64,000 nt of DNA from Acutalibacteraceae bacterium (GCA_045536955.1 JAZSOM010000037.1:16973-80972); one strand, 5' to 3'; counted from the first letter of the stretch, positions 9,942-19,473 are shown. Notes: generated by a model not told the origin, from the sequence alone. Made by a program: numbers and translations.

Positions 9942-10070
9942 ATGGATATGGATGAAGCATGGAATATCTTCACCAGGAGCGGAAAAATTACAGATTATTT
10001 CAAGTACAGGGAGATAGCCAATGAGGCTGAACACAGACGGACTGATAATACGGGAAATGCAGACGGGTGA
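9942..10070 (+). CDS. YqzL-like small protein (42 aa), absent from the ORF track
   Basis: Hand translation gives MDMDEAWNIFTRSGKITDYFKYREIANEAEHRRTDNTGNADG*. The W-x2-F-x2-SG-x-I-x2-Y-F-x-Y core and the era/recO position match my recollection of the YqzL family. AAAGGTG lies 11 nt upstream. Overlaps recO by 50 nt. Confidence 0.5.
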   Translation: MDMDEAWNIFTRSGKITDYFKYREIANEAEHRRTDNTGNADG

Positions 10071-10758
10071 AGCAGACAGACTTGTAACTGTCCTTACCCG
10101 TGATATGGGTGTTATCAAGGCATTTGTCAGGGGAGCGCGAAGCATAAAAAGCCGCTCCCTTTCAGCAACTCAACTTTTGGGTTACTCACGTTTTTCAATA
10201 TATATGAACCGCGACGTCTATACCATCGATGAAGCTGAACCGATAGAGGTTTTCTTCGGTGTCAGAGGTGATTTTGCAAGAACTTCACTTGCGATGTATT
10301 TTTGCGAGCTGATATGCGAGCTTGCACCTGAAGGCGGTGATTCGCAGGAGATACTTTCTCTTGCACTCAATACGCTTTACAAGCTTTCAAACAATAAACT
10401 TCCTACCCATCAGCTCAAGGCAATTTTTGAAATGCGGCTGCTCAGCCTTACGGGTTATATGCCAAACCTTGTCGCTTGTGCGGAATGCGGCAAATATACA
10501 GATGATACGATGTTTTTTGATATTGAACATTCTCAGCTTTACTGTGGCTCGTGTAAGCCGTCGCATCACACTTTTGAACTGAGTCTCGGCGTTGTTACGG
10601 CGATCAGACATATATGCCTTTCCGACCCTGAGAAGGTGTTTTCTTTTACACTTTCTGCCGCAGGTCTTAAAAGCTTGTCGGAAATAAGCGAAATATATCT
10701 TCTTGCCCGTACGCAGCGAAGATTCAAATCACTCGACCTATATAAATCATTTACATAA
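10021..10758 (+). CDS. recO: DNA repair protein RecO
   Basis: The N-terminal OB-fold region aligns from residue 1 with RecO (DGLIIREMQTGEADRLVTVLTRDMG). C-terminal CxxC...CxxC zinc motif (CAECG ... CGSC). Confidence 0.9.
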   Translation: MRLNTDGLIIREMQTGEADRLVTVLTRDMGVIKAFVRGARSIKSRSLSATQLLGYSRFSIYMNRDVYTIDEAEPIEVFFGVRGDFARTSLAMYFCELICELAPEGGDSQEILSLALNTLYKLSNNKLPTHQLKAIFEMRLLSLTGYMPNLVACAECGKYTDDTMFFDIEHSQLYCGSCKPSHHTFELSLGVVTAIRHICLSDPEKVFSFTLSAAGLKSLSEISEIYLLARTQRRFKSLDLYKSFT

Positions 10759-10770
10759 AGGATTGTAGAA

Positions 10771-11532
10771 ATGACAGGTAAAGAAAGAAAAAGATACATT
10801 GTAAACAGATGTTATTCAGCGCAGTACGCAAAGCTTCCCGAGGCTTTCAAACAGATAAATATTCTGCGATACCCAGGTCTTTGGATAAGTATTCTCGCCA
10901 ACAGCGAACTGTATAATATTCAGAATCTCACTCCCGAATGTACCGATGTTGTTCTCACAACGAAGGATTCGGGCGGCAGCTATGAAGCGGATTACGATAA
11001 CCTTGATTATACACTTCACGTTTTTTATGAGCTTAACTACTTTATGGATAAACTCCGCTTTGTCGGCGATGATCCTCTTGCTTACAGCAGGTTTGTTGAT
11101 ATAGCTAAGGTTGTTTTGCGCGAAATGCCGAAAATCAAGCATATTGAGGTTGTCACCAACGGTAACATTATACCTGATGATGCTTCGCTTGATGTTCTCC
11201 GCAACCCAGGTGTTACGGCAATCGTTTACGAAGACGGCGAAAATGTTGAGAGGATTAAAACGATTTTTGAAGAACGTGAAATCAACTTCGAAATCGTTGA
11301 AAGACCCATTGGTTGCAAATACTGTAAAACTACTCACACCCTGTTTGTGGAGGGCAAGATTTTCCGCTGTCCGATTACTGCGGAAAAATATGCAAACGGT
11401 GAAGATGTTGATGAAAAATCGTACGTCGACATCGTTGCACGTAAGCTTGAAATCAAAGATCTTCGCCTTGCAATGTTTGATATTACAAATGATCCGCCGC
11501 CCGAAAACTGCAAAGAATGTCCGAGGGCATAA
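10771..11532 (+). CDS. hypothetical protein, radical-SAM/SPASM-like but lacking the CX3CX2C motif
   Basis: 253 aa. GGE-like FVGDDPLAY, VVTNGN, and a C-terminal Cys set (CKYC, GKIFRCP, CKEC). No Cys triad where the cluster loop is expected. Terminator follows. Confidence 0.45.
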   Translation: MTGKERKRYIVNRCYSAQYAKLPEAFKQINILRYPGLWISILANSELYNIQNLTPECTDVVLTTKDSGGSYEADYDNLDYTLHVFYELNYFMDKLRFVGDDPLAYSRFVDIAKVVLREMPKIKHIEVVTNGNIIPDDASLDVLRNPGVTAIVYEDGENVERIKTIFEEREINFEIVERPIGCKYCKTTHTLFVEGKIFRCPITAEKYANGEDVDEKSYVDIVARKLEIKDLRLAMFDITNDPPPENCKECPRA

Positions 11533-11548
11533 ATACATCAGTTTAGCT

Positions 11549-11582
11549 AAAAAAAGTCATCCCGATAGGGATGACTTTTTTG
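11549..11582. terminator. bidirectional intrinsic terminator
   Basis: Stem GTCATCCC (11556-11563) / GGGATGAC (11568-11575) with a GATA loop, flanked by an A-run and a T-run. Confidence 0.85.
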
Positions 11583-11589
11583 TGTGTTA

Positions 11590-12258
11590 TCAGTAATTTC
11601 CTTGTTCTTGGGAATTGATTTTAACAGTGCCGTCACTGTTTACTCTGTAGAAAATCCTTGCATATTCAAGTGTTTTGCCGAATCTGTTTCGGTAGATATA
11701 ATACTGTCCGGTCTGGCAGTTTACATCATCTTCGCTCAAACCGTGAACAACCGTGAATGTTACGGTAGAGGAGTGAATATCTTCGGTATAAACGAGATTT
11801 TCCTCGGCGAGATGGTTGCCCGATGAACCGCCTGATATCCATTTTCCGCCGTTTACGGGATTCTCGGCTGTAACCGTCAGTTGAAATTCGGCATATTCTC
11901 CCGGTGCATATATCTTGAAGCCTTCAGTTCGGTCAACCTCATAATATTTTTTGCTGTTACCGTTTTTGTCTGTAAAAACAAGATCCATAACATATCCTGT
12001 ACCGTCGGCCCCGCTGAAAAAGCCGTTACGCGTGTTTACAAAGGTGAATATTTGTTTGTCACCGTCAATTTCCGTTTTGCTCAGTTTGGTGTATGGGTCG
12101 TTTTCGTAGTCGTATTCCCATACCGTTCCGCTACTTTCATCATACGGCAGAATAATCTGAGCTCGGTCTGTTCCTGCTGCCGCATCAAAAAATGGCATAA
12201 AAATTGAAGCAATGAAAGCGAAAACCGAGCCTAATACAATTCCGAATATTGCGCCCAT
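11590..12258 (-). CDS. hypothetical membrane-anchored protein
   Basis: 222 aa. Single N-terminal TM helix (IFGIVLGSVFAFIASIFMPFF) followed by a beta-rich extracytoplasmic region. I recognise no family. Confidence 0.55.
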   Translation of the reverse strand: MGAIFGIVLGSVFAFIASIFMPFFDAAAGTDRAQIILPYDESSGTVWEYDYENDPYTKLSKTEIDGDKQIFTFVNTRNGFFSGADGTGYVMDLVFTDKNGNSKKYYEVDRTEGFKIYAPGEYAEFQLTVTAENPVNGGKWISGGSSGNHLAEENLVYTEDIHSSTVTFTVVHGLSEDDVNCQTGQYYIYRNRFGKTLEYARIFYRVNSDGTVKINSQEQGNY

Positions 12259-12288
12259 AATAGCACCCTCCTTAAGATAATGGCGGTT

Positions 12289-13248
12289 TTACATATTTAC
12301 CGTATTTATCGGTTTGCCGTCAAGAAATGCGCTTATATTTTGCTCAAGAATGCTCATAAGTCTCTGCCTTGTTTCAAATGATGCCCAGGCAATGTGGGGC
12401 GTGATAAGGCAATTTTCGCAACTAAGCAGGGGATTATCTTCAGCAGGAGGCTCGGTTGACAGAACGTCAACACCCGCGCCTGCTATCTGACCCGATTTGA
12501 GTGCGGCTGCAACTGCGGCTTCATCAAGCACGGGACCTCTTGATGTGTTGATAAGGTACGCGGAGTTCTTCATCTTGCCGAGGAAGTCCGAGTTTACCAT
12601 ACCTGTTGTTTTTGGTGTGAGAGGGCAATGCATACTGACTATATCTGCTTGGCTGAGAAGTTCATCGAGTGAAACGAACTCAACGTCTTTTATATCGGCA
12701 TACTTTGCGGGGTTTGCGGTGTGAGCGATGACCTTCATATTGAAAGCAGCGGCGATTTTTGCAACTGCAGAGCCGATGCTGCCGTAGCCGACTATTCCGA
12801 AGGTTTTACCTGACAGCTCCTGAAGCGGACTCCTCCAGAAACAGAAGTCTTTGCATTCGCTCCATTTGCCTTTTTTTACCTCTGCGTTGTGGAGTGCAAC
12901 TTTGTTACAAAGCTCAAGAACAAATGCAAAAGTGAGCTGTGCAACGGCATTTGTGCTGTATGCCGGTATGTTTGAAACGGGGATGTTTCTTGCGGCGGCA
13001 TATTCGCAGTCGATAATATTGTATCCCGTGCTGAGGAGTGCTATGAATTTGCAGTCGGGTAACTGCATAAGCGTTTCCTTACTGATGGGTGTTTTGTTTG
13101 TGATGATTATGTCGTATCCTGCACATCTTTCGACCGTCATATCGGCAGGTGTTCTGTCGAAAACAGTCAGTTCGCATTTCTTTTTTAACCAATCCCAGCT
13201 TAAATCTCCGGGATTTGTTGTGTAACCGTCCAAAATAACAGCTTTCAT
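12289..13248 (-). CDS. D-2-hydroxyacid (glycerate-type) dehydrogenase
   Basis: NAD-binding GIVGYGSIG and catalytic-region motifs (NTSRG, ITPHIAW). The ATG at 13248 with GGAGTG 9 nt upstream is preferred to the tracked start at 13284. Confidence 0.85.
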   Translation of the reverse strand: MKAVILDGYTTNPGDLSWDWLKKKCELTVFDRTPADMTVERCAGYDIIITNKTPISKETLMQLPDCKFIALLSTGYNIIDCEYAAARNIPVSNIPAYSTNAVAQLTFAFVLELCNKVALHNAEVKKGKWSECKDFCFWRSPLQELSGKTFGIVGYGSIGSAVAKIAAAFNMKVIAHTANPAKYADIKDVEFVSLDELLSQADIVSMHCPLTPKTTGMVNSDFLGKMKNSAYLINTSRGPVLDEAAVAAALKSGQIAGAGVDVLSTEPPAEDNPLLSCENCLITPHIAWASFETRQRLMSILEQNISAFLDGKPINTVNM

Positions 13249-13360
13249 AAAAAAATCACTCCGTTTTAGTTGACCTGAGACCATTTTTTATATATAATTA
13301 TACATATATTTTTGTAAAATGCAATCCTATGCACAGAAGAAAGGCAGGTGGGGAGTGTAA

Positions 13361-14113
13361 TTGAAAAATAATGTCAAGCGAAGTTCGATAAAGCGAAGTT
13401 CGGCGCTTTCATTTACGGGTGTTCTTATGTTGCTCCTCGCCGGTGTCTTTATCGGTCTCTATATTTTTTCTTCCAATGATGAAATTCAGCGTTGGTACTC
13501 CAAGTACGAAGAAATGCTTTTGTGGTTGGATAACAAGGTTGTTTCAATAGGCTATAACGAGCTGATTGTTTTGGCTATATTTGCTCTGTATGCAATCAAA
13601 ACATTTATACCTTTCGCTACAATTCCTGCAATGTGTGTGCTTTCCGGTATGGTTTACGATCCTCTGCCGGCACTTGTCATCAATGTTATCGGTTACTGTA
13701 TTATGCTCGTTCTGCGCTACAAATTCGGTGAACGTTATGGCGGAGGTAATGCATATAAACTCCTGAGAAAAAACAGTCTCAGTCGTCTGCTTATTGATTA
13801 TCACGGTAACGGCAATCCGTGGGTTCTGTTTATTCTTCGCTCAATTCCGGGTCTGCCTACGAATCCTGTCAGCCAGATTTACGGTGCAATAGGCTTTAAG
13901 TTCAGCAAATATATGATTATCTCTGTTTTGAGCTTTTTGCCTAAGCTTTGTTCGTACACGTTTATCGGTGTTTATGTTTTCGACCCTCTTTCGTTCCCTT
14001 TCTTTTTGCCGATTATTTTTCTTCTTATGCTCTCAGGTATATCAATACTTACAATAAACACGGTTATAAACCGATATAAAAAAACACAAAATTCTCGAAA
14101 GGATGTAACATAA
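13361..14113 (+). CDS. TVP38/TMEM64 (VTT-domain, DedA-related) membrane protein
   Basis: 250 aa, multi-pass, with an overall VTT-domain-like pattern. TTG start. Confidence 0.6.
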   Translation: MKNNVKRSSIKRSSALSFTGVLMLLLAGVFIGLYIFSSNDEIQRWYSKYEEMLLWLDNKVVSIGYNELIVLAIFALYAIKTFIPFATIPAMCVLSGMVYDPLPALVINVIGYCIMLVLRYKFGERYGGGNAYKLLRKNSLSRLLIDYHGNGNPWVLFILRSIPGLPTNPVSQIYGAIGFKFSKYMIISVLSFLPKLCSYTFIGVYVFDPLSFPFFLPIIFLLMLSGISILTINTVINRYKKTQNSRKDVT

Positions 14114-14114
14114 T

Positions 14115-15392
14115 ATGTTCAGCTACGATGTTGTCAAAAAAGGTCTTGAGGGTGTAGAGTTTGATTCTGCTCTCACTGCTCTTTACGGTGCCGCTGCCGG
14201 CACACAGAAGCTCCGTTATATCCGTGTTCTCAATGCTTTTGGTGAGCTTTTCGGTGAGCAGACCGAAATCAGCTTTTTCTCTGCTCCTGGCAGAAGTGAA
14301 GTGGGCGGCAACCATACTGACCATAATCACGGTAAGGTCCTTGCCGCGGCAATCAATCTTGATGCAATTGCCGCTGTTGCAAAAAACGGAAAGGACGTAA
14401 TCCGTCTCAAGTCCGAAGGTTACGATATGGACATAGTAGATATTACCGACCTTAAGCCCAATAAGAGTGAGTATTCAAAGTCAAAAGCTCTCATCCGCGG
14501 TGTCTGTGCAGGATTTGTTGAGAGAGGTTACGAAATCGGCGGTTTTGACGCTGCAACAGCAAATGATGTTGTTTCAGGTTCAGGTCTTTCCTCGTCAGCT
14601 TCTTTCGAGGTTCTCGTCGGTACAATTCTTAATTATCTTTATAATGACGGTAAGGTTACACCCGTTGAAATTGCTCAGATTGCGCAATATGCGGAAAATG
14701 AGTTTTTCGGCAAGCCCTGTGGTCTACTTGACCAAATGACCTGTTCCGTAGGCGGTTTTGTGTTTATGGATTTCAACGATCCTTCAAAGCCGATTATCAA
14801 GCCTGTCAAGTTCGAGTTTGAGTCATGCGGTCATGCTCTGTGTATTGTCAACACGGGCGGCAGCCATTCTGACCTTACCGATGAATATGCAGCCGTAAAA
14901 AATGAAATGATTTCGGTAGCACAGCGTCTAGGGCACGATTATCTCCGTGAGGTTGATGAAGCACAGTTCCTTAATTCAATAGATCTTATGCGCGGTGTAG
15001 TCGGCGACAGAGCTATCATTCGTGCTAAGCATTTCTTCAGTGAAAATGCACGGGTTGACAAGGAAGTTGCTGCACTTGAGAATAAAGAATTCGGTGGATT
15101 CAAGAAGCTTGTTGTCAAGAGTGGACAGTCATCATATATGTATAATCAGAATGTCTTCTCCGTGAAGGATCCCATCTCGCAGCCTGTTTCACTCGGTCTT
15201 TGCCTTTGCGAAGAGCTGCTTGACGGCAAGGGTGCATGGCGCGTCCACGGTGGTGGTTTTGCAGGTACTATTCAGGCTTTCGTTCCGATTGATATGCTCG
15301 CCGATTTCAAGCACCGTATGGAGCTTGTGTTCGGTCAGGGCAACTGTTATGTCCTTTCAATCAGACCTGTCGGCGGAGTGAACGTAATATAA
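14115..15392 (+). CDS. galactokinase-family GHMP sugar kinase
   Basis: N-terminal galactokinase-like signature APGRSEVGGNHTDHNHG and GHMP ATP motif GSGLSSSAS. No galT or galE adjacent. Confidence 0.75.
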   Translation: MFSYDVVKKGLEGVEFDSALTALYGAAAGTQKLRYIRVLNAFGELFGEQTEISFFSAPGRSEVGGNHTDHNHGKVLAAAINLDAIAAVAKNGKDVIRLKSEGYDMDIVDITDLKPNKSEYSKSKALIRGVCAGFVERGYEIGGFDAATANDVVSGSGLSSSASFEVLVGTILNYLYNDGKVTPVEIAQIAQYAENEFFGKPCGLLDQMTCSVGGFVFMDFNDPSKPIIKPVKFEFESCGHALCIVNTGGSHSDLTDEYAAVKNEMISVAQRLGHDYLREVDEAQFLNSIDLMRGVVGDRAIIRAKHFFSENARVDKEVAALENKEFGGFKKLVVKSGQSSYMYNQNVFSVKDPISQPVSLGLCLCEELLDGKGAWRVHGGGFAGTIQAFVPIDMLADFKHRMELVFGQGNCYVLSIRPVGGVNVI

Positions 15393-15400
15393 ATTCAAAC

Positions 15401-15430
15401 AGGGCGGTTGACCGCCCTTTTGGTTTTTTT
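15401..15430 (+). terminator. intrinsic terminator after the GalK-family gene
   Basis: Stem AGGGCGG / CCGCCCT with a TTGA loop, followed by TTTGGTTTTTTT. Confidence 0.8.
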
Positions 15431-15452
15431 GTTTGAGGTGAATAAATTGGAA

Positions 15453-16469
15453 ATGTTTGATATTCTTTGCGCTCTGTGCCATTCAAACGGCACTTCCGGC
15501 GATGAAAGTTCTGCGGCGGCGGTTGCAGCCGATATGCTTGGCAGGTATATGCCGGTCAGTGTTGATGCAATGGGCAATGTCATAGGCGATACCGGTGTTG
15601 AAGGCAGTAAAATACTGCTTGATGCGCACCTTGACCGTATCGGTTTTGCCGTTACTTCAATTGATGACAAAGGCTTTATCAAGGTTGCACGTGTCGGTGG
15701 TATTGACCCGATTGTCCTCTCTGCGGCAGAAGTAACCGTTCACGGCAAGTGTGATGTGTACGGGGTTATTTCTTCAACGCCTCCTCATCTTTTATCGGGT
15801 GATGAGAAGAAGGCAAGTAAGATAAGCGATATTTCAATTGATGTCGGTATGACCAAAGCTCAGGCTGAAGAGATTATAAGCCTTGGTGACAGAGTTACGA
15901 TGACCGGTAATCTTGAAAAAATGCTCGGTAACCGTGTTTGCGGTGCTGCGCTTGATGACCGTTGCGGTGTTGCTTCTATTCTTCGCTGTCTTGAAATTCT
16001 CGGTGATAAGCTCGCTTCACTTCCTGTCAGAGTAATGTTTTCTGCCTGTGAGGAAACGGGCAGTGCGGGCGCCGTTGCCGGCAGCTTTAACTCGGATGCC
16101 GATGAAGCTGTTGCAGTTGACGTCAGTTTTGCAAAGGCTCCCGGCACGGATGACAGCGTCAAGGCAAAGCTTGGTGCAGGTACTATGATAGGCTATGCGC
16201 CGTCTCTCAATTTTGCAATGTCGCGTAACCTTGAGGAGCTTGCAAAGAAAAATTCCATCAAATATCAAGTGGAAGTTATGGGATCACGCACCGGCACCAA
16301 TGCCGATGATATAGCTGTTTGTGCAGGCGGTAAGAAAACTGCACTTCTCTCAATTCCGCAACGTAATATGCACACTGCGGTTGAGGTCATAGACCTTGAC
16401 GATATTGAGAGTACGGCTCAGCTTATGGCGGCTTATATTCTCAGCAGGGAGGCTGTAAAAAATGATTGA
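15453..16469 (+). CDS. M42 family metallopeptidase (paralog 1)
   Basis: M42 ligand pattern (DAHLDRIG, ALDDRCG, CEETGSAGA). The start is taken at ATG 15453 (or TTG 15447), downstream of the terminator and GAGGTG. Confidence 0.8.
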   Translation: MFDILCALCHSNGTSGDESSAAAVAADMLGRYMPVSVDAMGNVIGDTGVEGSKILLDAHLDRIGFAVTSIDDKGFIKVARVGGIDPIVLSAAEVTVHGKCDVYGVISSTPPHLLSGDEKKASKISDISIDVGMTKAQAEEIISLGDRVTMTGNLEKMLGNRVCGAALDDRCGVASILRCLEILGDKLASLPVRVMFSACEETGSAGAVAGSFNSDADEAVAVDVSFAKAPGTDDSVKAKLGAGTMIGYAPSLNFAMSRNLEELAKKNSIKYQVEVMGSRTGTNADDIAVCAGGKKTALLSIPQRNMHTAVEVIDLDDIESTAQLMAAYILSREAVKND

Positions 16470-17478
16470 AACAATTAAAGAACTCAGTCTTATCAGTGGC
16501 CCTTCAGGCAGAGAAGAAAAAGTCAGAGAATATATCATATCCAACCTTCCCGAATCGGCGGAATATTCCGTTGATGCTATGGGTAATCTTATCGTTTTTG
16601 TGCGCGGTTCAAAGCCTGCTGCAAATAAGGTTATGCTTGCTGCTCATATGGATGAAGTAGGTATGATTGTCACTTATATCACCGATGACGGTCTTCTCAA
16701 ATTTTCTAATGTCGGCGGTATTGAAATATCTGCTCTCCTCGGTAAACGCGTCAAAGTCGGTGAAAACGAACTTAACGGCGTTATCGGTGTTGTGCCCATT
16801 CATCTTCGCAGAGGTGACGATGAGCTTAAATTGCCCGAAAAAAACTCGCTTTATATTGATGTAGGTGCCGATAAGAAAGAAGAGCTTGATGGGCTTGTTT
16901 CTCCGGGCGACAAAATTGTGTTTGACAGCGAGTGTGTTGAATTCGGTTCATACCTAAAAGCTAAGGCAATCGATGACAGAGCAGGCTGTGCAATTATGCT
17001 CGATATGATAAAAAACGGTGTTGAATACGATACGTGGTTTGCCTTTACCGTGCAGGAAGAAGTCGGTTGCCGCGGTGCAGCTGCTGCAGCATTTACCGTT
17101 GCGCCCGATTACGCCGTTGTTATCGAAACCACAACTGCCGCGGATATTTCCGGTGTCAGCGGCGAAAAAGAGGTTTGCAAGCTTGGCGAAGGTGCCGTAA
17201 TTCCTTTTATGGACGGTTCAAGCGTATATAACACAAATCTTTATAAACTTGCCTACAGCCTTTCAAAAGAAAAAGGTTTCAAAATGCAGACTAAGACCAT
17301 TGTTGCAGGCGGAAATGATGCAAGAGCAATATCAAACAGCAGGGGTGGCGTCAAGACACTCACCGTTTCTTTTGCAACGCGTTATTTGCACTCCGCATCC
17401 TGTGTCATCAATAAGGATGATATTGAGCAGATGAAGCTTGCCGTTAAATACATTTCAGAGGAATTTGCAAATGCTTAA
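16462..17478 (+). CDS. M42 family metallopeptidase (paralog 2)
   Basis: AAHMDEVG, AIDDRAGC, QEEVGCRGA. Its start overlaps the upstream stop by 8 nt. Confidence 0.85.
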   Translation: MIETIKELSLISGPSGREEKVREYIISNLPESAEYSVDAMGNLIVFVRGSKPAANKVMLAAHMDEVGMIVTYITDDGLLKFSNVGGIEISALLGKRVKVGENELNGVIGVVPIHLRRGDDELKLPEKNSLYIDVGADKKEELDGLVSPGDKIVFDSECVEFGSYLKAKAIDDRAGCAIMLDMIKNGVEYDTWFAFTVQEEVGCRGAAAAAFTVAPDYAVVIETTTAADISGVSGEKEVCKLGEGAVIPFMDGSSVYNTNLYKLAYSLSKEKGFKMQTKTIVAGGNDARAISNSRGGVKTLTVSFATRYLHSASCVINKDDIEQMKLAVKYISEEFANA

Positions 17479-18196
17479 ACTGATTGAAAATAAAGAAGAA
17501 GCAGAGCTTCTCGAAGAATTTTGTGAAGACAGCTTCGGCATAAACATTGTGTCTATGCTGAAAGCTTATCCCCCCGAGATGAATATCTGCCGTTATTGGA
17601 TTCAAATTACGGGGGATTACCTTACAGCGGCCGTGTGCAGCTATGAGGGCGAGGTTGTTATCAGCACAACTCTCAAGGCGGATTTTGAGGAGTTGAGGGA
17701 GTTTCTTGATGCTCTCGGCTATAACAATATTCTGTGCCGGGCACGAGACGTTGTCAGTCTCGAAATGTTTGCCTGCGGTTGCGGTCAGGTGCTCCGCAAG
17801 GAAAAATCCGATCCGACTGACAGCTTGTATGAAAAACCTGAGACCGCAGCTGATTTTGAAGAAGTATATAACCTTCTCGACATCAAGGGTGAATTTAATC
17901 CTTGGTTTACCGATATTTGCCGCAGAATAAATTGCGGTACGGCGGATATGCGCATTATCAGAAAAGACGGTAAAATTGTCGCAACTGCATCGCTTTTACA
18001 CATAGCGGGCGATAAGGCTGTCCTTGGTGCGGTAGCAACGGATAAAGAATATCGTGGTCAGGGCTTTGCAACAAAGCTTGTCAATTCGTTTGGCGGATAT
18101 ACGGTTTATCTTCGCTGTCTGCCTGTGCTCAATTCTTTTTATGAACGCATCGGTTATAAGAGCGTTGACGTATGGGCAGAGATTAAAAACAGATAA
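17471..18196 (+). CDS. GNAT family N-acetyltransferase
   Basis: C-terminal acetyl-CoA motif VATDKEYRGQGFATKLV. The ATG at 17471 overlaps the M42 stop by 8 nt. Confidence 0.65.
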   Translation: MLKLIENKEEAELLEEFCEDSFGINIVSMLKAYPPEMNICRYWIQITGDYLTAAVCSYEGEVVISTTLKADFEELREFLDALGYNNILCRARDVVSLEMFACGCGQVLRKEKSDPTDSLYEKPETAADFEEVYNLLDIKGEFNPWFTDICRRINCGTADMRIIRKDGKIVATASLLHIAGDKAVLGAVATDKEYRGQGFATKLVNSFGGYTVYLRCLPVLNSFYERIGYKSVDVWAEIKNR

Positions 18197-18210
18197 GGAA
18201 TATTTAAGAT

Positions 18211-19473
18211 ATGAACAGCTTCTTTAATATTGACAGTACAATTGCGGCAGCGAGCGAAAAGGCTCTCGAGGCAGCTTCCGCATCATTTGCACGGATTGAT
18301 GAAGTGCGCGCATATAACCAGGAGAAAGTGCTTGCTGCATTTATCAAAAACAGTGTAACGGAGAGCCATTTTACAGAGTCAACCGGCTATGGCTACGGTG
18401 ACAGAGGACGTGACGTGCTTGACAGTGTGCTTGCCGACTGTGTCGGAGCGGAGGATTCACTTATCCGCCACAGCCTGACCTGCGGCACACATACACTTGG
18501 TGTTGCTCTTTTCGGTATGCTTCGTCCCGGCGATACAATGCTTTGCGTAACAGGCACGCCGTATGATACGATTCATTCGGTTATAGGTATCAAGGGCAAC
18601 GGTATGGGCTCACTCAAGGATTTCGGTGTAACATATAAGCAGGTTGATCTTTTACCTGACGGTACGGTAGACCTTGAGGGCATCGAAAAGGCACTTCAGC
18701 AAAAAACCGCGATGGTATATATACAGCGTTCAAGGGGCTATTCACTTCGCCCGAGCCTCGGTGTTGAGGATATAGAAAAAATCGTAAAAATTGTACGCAA
18801 TAAAAGCGATGCAATTATTATGGTAGATAACTGCTACGGTGAATTTGTTGAGTGTACCGAACCGGTTTCACACGGCGCAGACATTATTGCGGGCTCACTT
18901 ATAAAAAATCCCGGCGGCGGTATTGCAAAATGCGGCGGATATATTGCAGGCCGTGCAGATCTCGTCGAAAAGTGTTCTTACCGTATGACAACACCCGGTC
19001 TCGGCAGAGAGGTAGGCCCTTCACTTGGTCAGACTCGAGGCCTTTTTATGGGTTTGTTCAATGCGCCGCATATTGTAGGTGAAGCCCTTAAAACTGCTGT
19101 TTTTGCCGCTTCTCTGTTTGAACAGCTCGGTTATGAAACAACTCCTAGCAGCACTGAAAAGCGTGTCGATATAATTCAGGCACTCAAGCTTTGCAATAGC
19201 GAGACTCTGATCGCTTTTTGTCAGGGTATGCAGAAAGGTGCGCCGATTGATTCTAATGTGTGCCCTGAGCCGTGGGATATGCCCGGTTATGACAACCAGG
19301 TTATTATGTCTGCAGGTGCATTTACGGGCGGCTCTTCAATTGAGCTTTCTTCCGATGCTCCGCTGCGTGAGCCGTTTGCTGTGTGGATGCAGGGTTCTCT
19401 CAACTTCGACAGCGGTAAAGTTGGCATAATGCTTGCTGCACAGGAAATCTTCAAGAGGGGACTTTTGAAATGA
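18211..19473 (+). CDS. YnbB / methionine gamma-lyase family PLP protein (aluminium-resistance protein family)
   Basis: Strong N-terminal family pattern (NQEKVLAAF, ESTGYGYGDRGRD, GTHTLGVALFGMLRPGD, GTPYDT). Confidence 0.8.
   Translation: MNSFFNIDSTIAAASEKALEAASASFARIDEVRAYNQEKVLAAFIKNSVTESHFTESTGYGYGDRGRDVLDSVLADCVGAEDSLIRHSLTCGTHTLGVALFGMLRPGDTMLCVTGTPYDTIHSVIGIKGNGMGSLKDFGVTYKQVDLLPDGTVDLEGIEKALQQKTAMVYIQRSRGYSLRPSLGVEDIEKIVKIVRNKSDAIIMVDNCYGEFVECTEPVSHGADIIAGSLIKNPGGGIAKCGGYIAGRADLVEKCSYRMTTPGLGREVGPSLGQTRGLFMGLFNAPHIVGEALKTAVFAASLFEQLGYETTPSSTEKRVDIIQALKLCNSETLIAFCQGMQKGAPIDSNVCPEPWDMPGYDNQVIMSAGAFTGGSSIELSSDAPLREPFAVWMQGSLNFDSGKVGIMLAAQEIFKRGLLK

Noticed and set aside
11111-11596. 161-aa + strand ORF overlapping the 10771-11532 gene in another frame.
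   Set aside because: The product is highly basic and low-complexity, the ORF runs through the terminator hairpin, and there is no RBS. The frame beginning at 10771 has protein-like motifs.
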